From positions 1-34,890 of the forward strand of contig JACQOU010000389.1 of assembly GCA_016207775.1 (NCBI GenBank): DNA of 34,890 nucleotides, given 5' to 3'. The notes below the pieces were generated by a model. The model was not told where the DNA came from and searched no databases. It worked only from the letters and a program-made list of their open reading frames with translations. Within the stretch, counting starts at the first letter, position 1; each line of letters starts with the position of its first letter. The DNA comes from Deltaproteobacteria bacterium. Its GTDB lineage: Bacteria; Bdellovibrionota; FAC87; UBA2466. Below are positions 24,518 through 32,504 of this stretch, in pieces. The translations under genes were made by a program, and so were the position numbers.

Positions 24518-26194
24518 CTAGTGGGGGTGCTCCAGCAGAGCTTTGAGGGCCTCAGGATTAACCGGTTTTTCCAGTTGGCCTGAAATGCCGGGTACCCAAG
24601 AAGACTGGAATGTTCCGGAAAGCAAGAACACTTGCGGGGTTGGTTTCAGTGAAGCGGCCAACAAACTGAAGTCCTTGACACTCGTATCGGTCGGTTCCGT
24701 CTGTACGTCAGTGAAGATGACGTCAAAGCGTGTCCCAGAATCAAACAAAGCAATGGCCTCCCTCCGAGAACCTACACTTTGAACATCATCATATCCGATT
24801 AAGCGCAAAGCCATGGTCAGCATACGTTGTTGCATCACGTGATCATCGATCACGAGAATTTTTTTCGTGGCCACTGGCTTACCGGAATCCGTTCTAACGG
24901 GAGGTAAAGGACGCACCTGTACGACGTCCTCCACGTAACCGGGCAACAAAAGGGTAAAGGTACTTCCCTCATTTTGAACTGTGTTCACCTCTATCCATCC
25001 GCCTTGCCGCTTCACAAAATCCAAAACTGAACAAGTGCCAACACCCGTTCCGCCCGATTCAGGCCTTCCGGTATATCCCGTAAAGAGCTTTTGCAACGTC
25101 TGAGGATTCATTCCCTGACCTTTATCGGACACTGAAATCGCCAAGAAAGCGCCAGCCTCTAACGTCTTGCCGGGTACAACAATTCGTTGCGTATTGGTTG
25201 TGATTTCGTGGGGACTGCCAGTCACCACTCTGACGTCCACAGATATTTCCACTTCCGAGGGCGGACCCCAAGCTTTAGCGTTATCAACCAAGTTGCTGAG
25301 AGCGTCCAACAATCCAGTAACGTTCACGTCCAGAAAAACTGGGCGCTGACTCTTAACGACCACAGGATTTCGACTTAAAAAAGAAATCTCACTGACTAAT
25401 TCGGGAATTTTCACTCTCCTGACAGCTTGGCCTGGAGCTTCTGCTTCTCCCAATATGATTAAACAGGTTCGTCGAGCTAAGCTGAGGTAGGACAACACCA
25501 CTTCTAAGTCTTCGATTATCCGTTTATGAGTGTCCGGGGTCAGACTTGTATTTTTTAACCGGTCCTGTTCCAGTCGGCGAACGGTTGGTTCACCCGATAA
25601 AAGGCGGGTGATGCTTTCTGCGTATTCATCCGCAAGTTCCTCAAGTTTGGGCAGTACTCCATTTAAGTAATTTCGCAACGTATGGATCTGATCCAGCAGG
25701 CGTTCCTTTTGGTCAGGGTCAGCGAGAGCGAGCGCATGGTGTCGTGCCTTCATGAGTGCCACGCGCACTGGACCTATGGCACTGGGATCGGTGGGATCAT
25801 AGATAGAGTTCTTCTTGGGGGGAGCCAGAAAGTCCCGCTTAAAGTAAGCCAAAGGAGCGACCAAGTAGTAGAGGTTCCGTCCGGCCACAACGTTTTTTTC
25901 GTTCTGGTAGAGGTAGTCCGAAAGTGTCAAATAGACCTGTAACAAGGGTGCAAGTAAATTTCCAACGTAGCTCTGAGCGAGTTCGATGTCCCCTTGTGCT
26001 GAGATGGTTCCTGGGCAAACATTCAAATCATCAGGTTCGGGAGGGCCGCCGTATGCCGATGGGGTATTGCCATACGCACGTCCGAAAGAGGCACCGAGAA
26101 CCCATGTGATAGAAAAGATAATGAAAATAGACCTTAAGGGCTTCAGGCTGAGGTGCTTGGCAAGCGGTACTGAATGTTGGGTATTAGCCGTCAT
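24518..26194 (-). CDS. Atypical hybrid kinase-like protein: N-terminal hydrophobic anchor, helical region, HATPase domain, C-terminal receiver.
   Basis: N-box-like LSNLVDNAKAWG, then SDKGQGM and GGTGVGT. Receiver domain KKILVIDDH...DVIFTDVQ...EKP. I see no canonical H-box (HExxxP) by eye. N-terminus is LRSIFIIFSITWVLGASFG. Confidence 0.7.
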   Translation of the reverse strand: MTANTQHSVPLAKHLSLKPLRSIFIIFSITWVLGASFGRAYGNTPSAYGGPPEPDDLNVCPGTISAQGDIELAQSYVGNLLAPLLQVYLTLSDYLYQNEKNVVAGRNLYYLVAPLAYFKRDFLAPPKKNSIYDPTDPSAIGPVRVALMKARHHALALADPDQKERLLDQIHTLRNYLNGVLPKLEELADEYAESITRLLSGEPTVRRLEQDRLKNTSLTPDTHKRIIEDLEVVLSYLSLARRTCLIILGEAEAPGQAVRRVKIPELVSEISFLSRNPVVVKSQRPVFLDVNVTGLLDALSNLVDNAKAWGPPSEVEISVDVRVVTGSPHEITTNTQRIVVPGKTLEAGAFLAISVSDKGQGMNPQTLQKLFTGYTGRPESGGTGVGTCSVLDFVKRQGGWIEVNTVQNEGSTFTLLLPGYVEDVVQVRPLPPVRTDSGKPVATKKILVIDDHVMQQRMLTMALRLIGYDDVQSVGSRREAIALFDSGTRFDVIFTDVQTEPTDTSVKDFSLLAASLKPTPQVFLLSGTFQSSWVPGISGQLEKPVNPEALKALLEHPH

Positions 26195-26497
26195 TTACAA
26201 CTTCTTGGTACACAGACATCAAGCGCGCGGAGCATGCTTTACCCTATTTCCCGGCTTAGATCAAGCGATACGGGACAGAAGAGCTTTAGCCCAATCGAGT
26301 TTTGTAAAGTTTATACAATGTAAAAAAAACATTTGACACGTGCAGTCGTAATGAGTAGTTGTTTTCTTGTTCTGATTGCTGGGTACGACAGCAGCTCGTA
26401 CCCAACCCATATCCCAAAGGGGTAGGTTTTCCCCCACCACCACGTGAAGACCTGCCCCTAAAGGATACCTAACCCCTGTCGTTTTACTGCAAATCCA

Positions 26498-27151
26498 TTA
26501 CTCAGATAATTGACTGGTTACCAGATCCACGGCCATTTGGACCGTTTTTGTTCTTACTTGTTTCATTGACCAGCCGTAATCGCTGGTAAAAAAGTAATGG
26601 ATGTTTCCGGAAATCATCGACTGGACAGCGCGGCTAATCTCTTTGATTTTTGTTTGTGTGAGTTGGCCATTATGGACGAGAACATCCAGGGTAGCGGCAA
26701 TTCGATCCTCCCCTCCCTTTTGGATCACGTTTTGTAGCTGTCTCATATCCTCATCGTGGGTGCAGAGATAGTAGAATAAGGACATTACCGAAAAATGCTT
26801 GGGATACTGGGATAACCATTCAAAGGGGCCATCGATGACGATTTTGAGTCGATCCTTCCAGTGGTTGGCCTTCTTGACGTTACGGATGATAATTTGCTGG
26901 CCAGTTGCCACCGCATAGCGTACCGCCCCTTTAATCAACTCCTTCCGACTTGAGAAGTAGTAGTTCACATGGGCTCTTTCCATGTTGACGATCTTTCCAA
27001 TGGATTCAAAGGTGGTTGCCTCAAGGCCTTGAGTTGCCAGGCAATCAATGACGGCCTCCAGTATCTTAATTTTAATGAGCTCGCTTTTTGTTCGCTTGGT
27101 ATCGAATATCTGAAAGTAAAGGGAGGAGGGAAGTTTTTCGCGGTTGCTCAT
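26498..27151 (-). CDS. TetR/AcrR family transcriptional regulator.
   Basis: N-terminal HTH ATTFESIGKIVNMERAHVNYYFSSRKELI. It starts 39 nt after the stop of the upstream gene, so the two are likely co-transcribed. Confidence 0.85.
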   Translation of the reverse strand: MSNREKLPSSLYFQIFDTKRTKSELIKIKILEAVIDCLATQGLEATTFESIGKIVNMERAHVNYYFSSRKELIKGAVRYAVATGQQIIIRNVKKANHWKDRLKIVIDGPFEWLSQYPKHFSVMSLFYYLCTHDEDMRQLQNVIQKGGEDRIAATLDVLVHNGQLTQTKIKEISRAVQSMISGNIHYFFTSDYGWSMKQVRTKTVQMAVDLVTSQLSE

Positions 27152-27190
27152 GATGATTTTATACCAATAAAAAAGTCAAATTCCCATCGT

Positions 27191-28336
27191 TCATGGCATT
27201 TTTCCCGAAGACAGCAGCTCGTTCGCGCAAGTGGAAGCGCGGAGATTTTGAGCCATTTCTCTATCGTAGACCAGCCATTCGGCCTGTTTCCCAAATTGCT
27301 GATGACGGTTGGCAATCATGTGAAGCACGTTTTGCCTAAGCATTTCCAACCGCACTGGCCGAAAATTTAGCTTAACGTCGCCCGTATGAACGTTTTGTAT
27401 GGTCTTGTAGTGAGTGGTGCCGAACCGTTCATAGAGACGAGCAAGAATGGGGCTTTCCGCTTCATAGCTTGCTGTCCAACCCGTTTCCGCCAGCATCCCT
27501 AAATTTTCCTGGGAAGCCGTTTCGATTCCAAGCTTCTGTGCCTCACTGTCCGGAATACGCTCTCCGCTATAGACTAAGAATTTGTGCTGAATTCCTATCC
27601 ACCATAAGTGACCAAATATTTTTTCAGCAAAGTCGGGATCCAGACAATAATGCTTGATTTCGAGTTTACCGCCCTTGACCCACAGGATTTTTCGCTCTCT
27701 TGGAGGAAATACAATCCGAAAGTGCCCAAACCCGGATTGTTCCAACAAAGGGACATTAAACCAACCGCTCGTCACATCGTCCGTCGGCAAGGGACCTCCC
27801 AATCCTTTGTTCAAAAAGTGGCGTTCTTCCGGCAGCAAACCGTCGGGTCCAACCATCGAGACTCGCTGAAGGGCAATCGGAACTTCGTCCTCAAGGCCGA
27901 CCGCCTTGTTTTTTTGCACAATAACGATAAAGGAGGACACTCCGTCATCCGGCGGTTCCTCCCGTTCAACCCCCTTCACAATCGCGCTAACGTTTTTGCC
28001 GTAAATTTTCGGATATTTCGCAATCTCGTTGAGGTACCACTTTTGAGCGCGCTTAAGATATCGGCTAATGAATTTTGAATCGTTCGGATAGTAGTTTCTT
28101 AACAAAAGGGCATGAAGCGGATCCTGTGCACCAAAAAAGCGGGCATAGTAATCCGCAAGGATCACTCGTACTGCGTACGTCTCGAAGCTTCTTCCATCTT
28201 CTCCAATCAAACGAAGGTCGTAGGGGATGAAGGTGTACCCCAACAACGTTCCACTCAATAGAAGAGACAAAACTATCCAGGCTCTGGCGAGCATAGGGCA
28301 TGCACCATAACTGAAATCGAGTTCTGGCTCAATCAT
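27191..28336 (-). CDS. Hypothetical protein with an N-terminal membrane anchor or signal segment.
   Basis: 381-aa ORF with the hydrophobic segment MLARAWIVLSLLLSGTLLG near the N-terminus. No catalytic or family motif recognised. The exact start is uncertain (28336 or 28294). Confidence 0.6.
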   Translation of the reverse strand: MIEPELDFSYGACPMLARAWIVLSLLLSGTLLGYTFIPYDLRLIGEDGRSFETYAVRVILADYYARFFGAQDPLHALLLRNYYPNDSKFISRYLKRAQKWYLNEIAKYPKIYGKNVSAIVKGVEREEPPDDGVSSFIVIVQKNKAVGLEDEVPIALQRVSMVGPDGLLPEERHFLNKGLGGPLPTDDVTSGWFNVPLLEQSGFGHFRIVFPPRERKILWVKGGKLEIKHYCLDPDFAEKIFGHLWWIGIQHKFLVYSGERIPDSEAQKLGIETASQENLGMLAETGWTASYEAESPILARLYERFGTTHYKTIQNVHTGDVKLNFRPVRLEMLRQNVLHMIANRHQQFGKQAEWLVYDREMAQNLRASTCANELLSSGKMP

Positions 28337-28416
28337 TAACTAAAAAAACAGAATAAAAACAATATATTAACTACTGGTTGATTGCATCCGCTGCTATGTG
28401 CTAAAAGTCGACGGTT

Positions 28417-31400
28417 ATGGTGGTGGGATGTCCCTTTAGATTAACGTGGTTAGTTTTGTTGTGGACCGTGGCAAACCCTTGCCTGGCTGTATCGGTCTTA
28501 GATGCCCCTTGCCCCACAGCCATCATAGAAAAAGCGGTAGGCCGCATGCCTGTTCGTTTAAGTGCGGACGATCTGAATCAATTCGTTCGATTAGCGGTAC
28601 TGCCGGTATTACAGGAAACCCCACGCAACCCGTTTTCGATTATCCAGAACAAGGCACAATCCTCTGTGACTTTAAGCAGTCCTAACGGCGACTATACCTT
28701 TCGTCTGACAGCCGACCCCAGCCTGGCCTACCCAAGGCATGGACTCCCCGTAGTGATCTATCGGGGTGACAGACTGCAAGCCGAATTCACCGTTCTGGCA
28801 ACCCATGACGGCGACTACGCCAGCATGGACAGAGTCGCAGGAATCGTGCGTTCTGCCTTAAGAGCGGAGCCCATCACCCAGCGAAAATTAAACCTCGAGC
28901 AGATCCCGGTTCTCAGCGCGCTTTTAGACATGGAAGGAAGAACGGGTCCGGGTGGCTGCTGGAGAGGTGTCGTTCACCCTGTGGCAAGCGGAAAAACTTT
29001 TATTTCTGCAAAATACGTCCAGGAAATTCGCAAAAAACTCGGCGGTCAGCCAGGATGGAAGAATAAGCCAAAAGTACTAGCCGTTCTTCAAAACAACGCG
29101 GGCTTGGACCATATCGTACAGACTTACTCCGAAGAACTGGGTCTTACCAAAATCGCCAAACTATACGACGAAAGCTCCCAGAACCCCACTGATCTAGCTT
29201 CCGAAATGATAGCGATCACACGGACTACGTATTTTAAAAGACGGTCAGAAATTCATGCCTTGCTCCAAGCCGATACCGACCAACCGTGGGTCATTGTTTT
29301 CGACGAAGCCCATCATCTGGGTAAAAACGGCGGCCAGTTTGAAAAGATTCTAAAGGGCTTGAATAAGATTATCGATCACCGGCATCGTGTGCTCACACTA
29401 TCTGCCACCTTTTGGCATTCAGACAAAAAACTGATCACGAAATACCTCCATGGCAATGTGGTTGGCGGCTTCTTGAACCCCAACGAACAGCAACAACTCG
29501 AACAAGGTGAAGATTTGGTTTCCCTATGCCGGCTTCAATTCTATCGAATGATCGCAAGGGGATATAGTCCCCCGTTTTTTGGCATTCACATGGTTAGAAG
29601 CGTGGATGGCTGGCCCGCCTCCGCTATCCTTGGCAAGGAATTCCTTCGTTCGCGGGCCGTAGCCGAGTCGCTTGCAAGAGATATCAAAAGCCGGATCGTA
29701 GGCGATAGACGGGTACACGTTTACGATCGAGGAGTGCTGTTTGCCCCCTCCATCGATCACGCCAACCTCTACGCTGAGTTGCTCTCAAAGTCGGGACTTG
29801 AAACACGTGCCTTACATTCGGAAACTACCACGAAAAAAGCTACGCTGAATTGGTTTTCAGATAAGGGGGATTTCGACTCGGAAGCAGACAGGAAAATACA
29901 TAAATACATTGTTGTCGTCGATATGCTCAATGAGGCAGTCGATATCCCGAAAATTAATATGGCTGTATTACTGAGCCCCTTCAGTATGTATATCAGCGGC
30001 TTTAAAGAACTGATCCAGGCCCTGGGAAGATCAAGCCGTCCGGCCGAAGGAAAAATTGACGTCCGCATCTACGATTACACCCTTCACACACGCTGGTTGC
30101 GGGATGGGCTTTCTCAGATCATGGTCGAAAGACCCCCTTCTAATCGGCTGCAGCACCCCGTTTCTCGTACCTTAGGTCTAGTGGTTATCCAAGACGATGG
30201 TAAGGAAGTGTTACGAGATCCCGTTCAATTTAATGCACAGTACGATGAACGGTTCCCTGAGGACCTTGAGTTTACGGATCGTCATCCTTGCTTTGACGTG
30301 TCTCAATTTGAAAAATGGATGGTCCCGGCGTTAGAGCACCTTGCTTTCCATCTCGGTGTGAAGAACCTAAGGGCGGGTGGTGCGATAGTCGATCTCCTTA
30401 CCCGGCTTACCAATTACCTGCCCGACCTTCCTGAGAAAGACGAGCTACTGGAATGGTTAAAGGAAGCCGATACCCTTAAGAAATGGGATGGAGCTAGAAT
30501 ACTGGAAAGCCCCCCCGACCTCTACAGCGCTCGAAGAGTTTATGAAGTGCTTTACGAAATCGCCAGAGTATTAGAGTACGCACCGCAACCGACGCAAGTT
30601 GATCTTTCGCGTCTTCTAGACCCAGCCGAATTGGATAGATTGTGGAGTGCACTACTGTCCTATCGGATAAGTGCATTAGCTTCACGCAAAGACATCCAGA
30701 TTTTTTTGGAACCGGAAACAGGGGGGCTCGCCCTTTTCATGGCGGAAGCCAAAAGGCAGGGGTTCGTGGGAGGACCCAAGCATGATCCAAAGAATCCGGC
30801 AAAAGACTTCTGCATTTATCTGGCAAACCAAGCGTACACACACGTCCACTCGCCAGCGTTGCGTGCCAAGCTGGATCAGTTGGTAAGAGACTTGGCGGAC
30901 GATGAGCTTTGGGGTTGGGTGCAAAACGATGGAACTCGCGACTTAAAAGAGATGAAAACCGATCCTTCCTTCGCCCGTCCGGCACAAAAAGGCAGAAACG
31001 GATGGGAGCGTATCTACGCGGCCCTTTCAGCCCTCGCAGATCTTTTGCGGCAGACCAAAGCAAAAGAACTTCCAAAAGAACTCCTCAGCCAACAGGACAT
31101 TGGAAAACTGTTGGATCTTCTCATCAGCAACCGATCGGGTATTTACTTCACCGCGCCACAGTTTGAGACCTGCAGAAAAGAAACATTGGATATCGTTCGA
31201 CGAAGAATGGAAAATTTTGGCATCAATAATTTTCAACTTCCTTTCTCTACCCGGACTATTGCAGTAGAAGCTGCCAAGCTCCTGCCGGAAGGGTGTCCCA
31301 ATAAGAAAGCTCTCGTTCGGTATCTGGCTTCCGATGATTACGGTTGGACGAAAAATGCTGGTCTAGGAATTATTCAGGGATCACGGTTACCCACCGAGAA

Positions 31401-31950
31401 GTTTTTGAACTCCCTCTATCTCATCGCCAAAGAACTTTCAGAAACCGACTTCGGACGAGGGGTAATCAATCCCAACCAAATTTTTGCGGCTCAAGAAATG
31501 AGCGACTTCTTAAATGTGCTGGTATTAGGCTTTACCGTTCCACTCTTAAAAGAAAAGGACATGGATGCCATTCAAAATGTTGTGAATCCGTTCGGACTAG
31601 AAGTAGCTCCTCGATTTGGTGCAACTCCGTATGTGCTGCAGGGCGGCCCCCGCAAACTCGCATTAGCTTGGGCCAATCGAATTCCAGCGACCAACGGGCA
31701 AGTTGAATTCCTGCGCAATAGGCTTCTTTTCTTCTTGGAACACCGCTGGGGATGGACCGACTCCGATGCCGATGTCATTAACAGATTCCCTAATATCAAG
31801 GTCTGTGAACGATTAGATAGAGCCTTGATGGCTATCGCCACCATTCAAAAGCTTGCTCTCAGGGAACAGGCCACGTTTGATATCCAACGCTTACGCACCC
31901 GAAGGCATTTAGAGGTATTAGCACTTAGTTTGGGTGATGCTTCACAATAG
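28417..31950 (+). CDS. Large SF2 (DEAH-type) helicase with unknown N-terminal region and a repeat-containing C-terminal extension.
   Basis: Motif I HPVASGKT (28975..28998), motif II FDEAHH (29299..29316), LSATF (motif III), VVVDMLNEAVDIP, and motif VI QALGRSSR. About 180 aa N-terminal and 540 aa C-terminal are unassigned. The N-terminus MVVGCPFRLTWLVLLWTVANPCLA is hydrophobic. An alternative start is M44 at 28546. Confidence 0.8.
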   Translation: MVVGCPFRLTWLVLLWTVANPCLAVSVLDAPCPTAIIEKAVGRMPVRLSADDLNQFVRLAVLPVLQETPRNPFSIIQNKAQSSVTLSSPNGDYTFRLTADPSLAYPRHGLPVVIYRGDRLQAEFTVLATHDGDYASMDRVAGIVRSALRAEPITQRKLNLEQIPVLSALLDMEGRTGPGGCWRGVVHPVASGKTFISAKYVQEIRKKLGGQPGWKNKPKVLAVLQNNAGLDHIVQTYSEELGLTKIAKLYDESSQNPTDLASEMIAITRTTYFKRRSEIHALLQADTDQPWVIVFDEAHHLGKNGGQFEKILKGLNKIIDHRHRVLTLSATFWHSDKKLITKYLHGNVVGGFLNPNEQQQLEQGEDLVSLCRLQFYRMIARGYSPPFFGIHMVRSVDGWPASAILGKEFLRSRAVAESLARDIKSRIVGDRRVHVYDRGVLFAPSIDHANLYAELLSKSGLETRALHSETTTKKATLNWFSDKGDFDSEADRKIHKYIVVVDMLNEAVDIPKINMAVLLSPFSMYISGFKELIQALGRSSRPAEGKIDVRIYDYTLHTRWLRDGLSQIMVERPPSNRLQHPVSRTLGLVVIQDDGKEVLRDPVQFNAQYDERFPEDLEFTDRHPCFDVSQFEKWMVPALEHLAFHLGVKNLRAGGAIVDLLTRLTNYLPDLPEKDELLEWLKEADTLKKWDGARILESPPDLYSARRVYEVLYEIARVLEYAPQPTQVDLSRLLDPAELDRLWSALLSYRISALASRKDIQIFLEPETGGLALFMAEAKRQGFVGGPKHDPKNPAKDFCIYLANQAYTHVHSPALRAKLDQLVRDLADDELWGWVQNDGTRDLKEMKTDPSFARPAQKGRNGWERIYAALSALADLLRQTKAKELPKELLSQQDIGKLLDLLISNRSGIYFTAPQFETCRKETLDIVRRRMENFGINNFQLPFSTRTIAVEAAKLLPEGCPNKKALVRYLASDDYGWTKNAGLGIIQGSRLPTEKFLNSLYLIAKELSETDFGRGVINPNQIFAAQEMSDFLNVLVLGFTVPLLKEKDMDAIQNVVNPFGLEVAPRFGATPYVLQGGPRKLALAWANRIPATNGQVEFLRNRLLFFLEHRWGWTDSDADVINRFPNIKVCERLDRALMAIATIQKLALREQATFDIQRLRTRRHLEVLALSLGDASQ
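30322..31947 (+). repeat. Four divergent protein-level repeats (about 110-140 aa each) in the helicase C-terminal extension.
   Basis: Aligned cores are LLEWLKEADTLKKWDGARIL...RRVYEVLYEIARVL; LVRDLADDELWGWVQNDGTRDL...GWERIYAALSALADLL; LVRYLASDDYGWTKNAGLGI...EKFLNSLYLIAKEL; and LLFFLEHRWGWTDSDADVIN...ERLDRALMAIATIQKL. Alignment was done by eye. Confidence 0.55.
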
Positions 31951-31958
31951 CCTTATGT

Positions 31959-32417
31959 TCATCCAGCCTTTCGTGTCTCAGATTCCCAAATCTTTGCCTC
32001 GATGGCCTGCTCAATATATTTAATATGTCGTTGCTCGTCCTGAAAGTTTCTTTCAAGAATTCGTTTGGTACGATCCGGAAATGCTTCCTTCATCGTTCGT
32101 TGATAGTTGCGGTTAGTAAGCAACTCGTTCATCCGCATAGCCTTTAGCGCGCCTGCAGTGCCTGTCATGCTCCGAATCGCAGTGAAACCTTCGATAAAGA
32201 ATCCTTTGAGATCACGTGCTCTCTCGTGAGGTATTCCCCCTAAGGTGCGCACCTCAGATGACAACTCCTGAATGTGTCGCTCGTGATCAGCTTTAAAACC
32301 TGAAAATTTATCTTTCACCTCATCCAATTCAACATTATCGATGGCCTGCGAATAAGCCAACACTGCATCATAGTCGAGCTGTATGAGGCTGTTTAATCGA
32401 TCAATCTGGTTTTTCAT
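31959..32417 (-). CDS. Ferritin-like four-helix-bundle protein (DUF2383/YciE-like stress protein type).
   Basis: MKNQIDRLNSLIQLDYDAVLAYSQAI...ADHERHIQEL...FQDEQRHIKYIEQAI (paired ExxH-type helices). The ATG at 32417 is preceded by GAGGAGG. The track ORF starts 15 codons upstream, over the promoter. Confidence 0.7.
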   Translation of the reverse strand: MKNQIDRLNSLIQLDYDAVLAYSQAIDNVELDEVKDKFSGFKADHERHIQELSSEVRTLGGIPHERARDLKGFFIEGFTAIRSMTGTAGALKAMRMNELLTNRNYQRTMKEAFPDRTKRILERNFQDEQRHIKYIEQAIEAKIWESETRKAG

Positions 32418-32450
32418 GGCTACCTCCTCAATCAATACGGTAGACGAAGA

Positions 32451-32466
32451 TGCAATGGCCATGCCG
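32451..32466 (-). promoter_or_regulatory. Putative sigma-54 promoter for the ferritin-like gene.
   Basis: The minus strand reads CGGCAT-ggcca-TTGCA with GG/GC spacing conserved, 33 nt upstream of the ATG at 32417. Confidence 0.5.
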
Positions 32467-32504
32467 TTATGGACAGCTGTGATTACGTCAGCAGTGGGAG
32501 TACT

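Noticed and set aside
26381-26403. The hairpin gggtacga-N7-tcgtaccc as an intrinsic terminator for the TetR operon.
   Set aside because: No T-tract follows the stem on either strand, so I did not annotate it as a terminator. It is kept only as part of the non-coding-gap observation.
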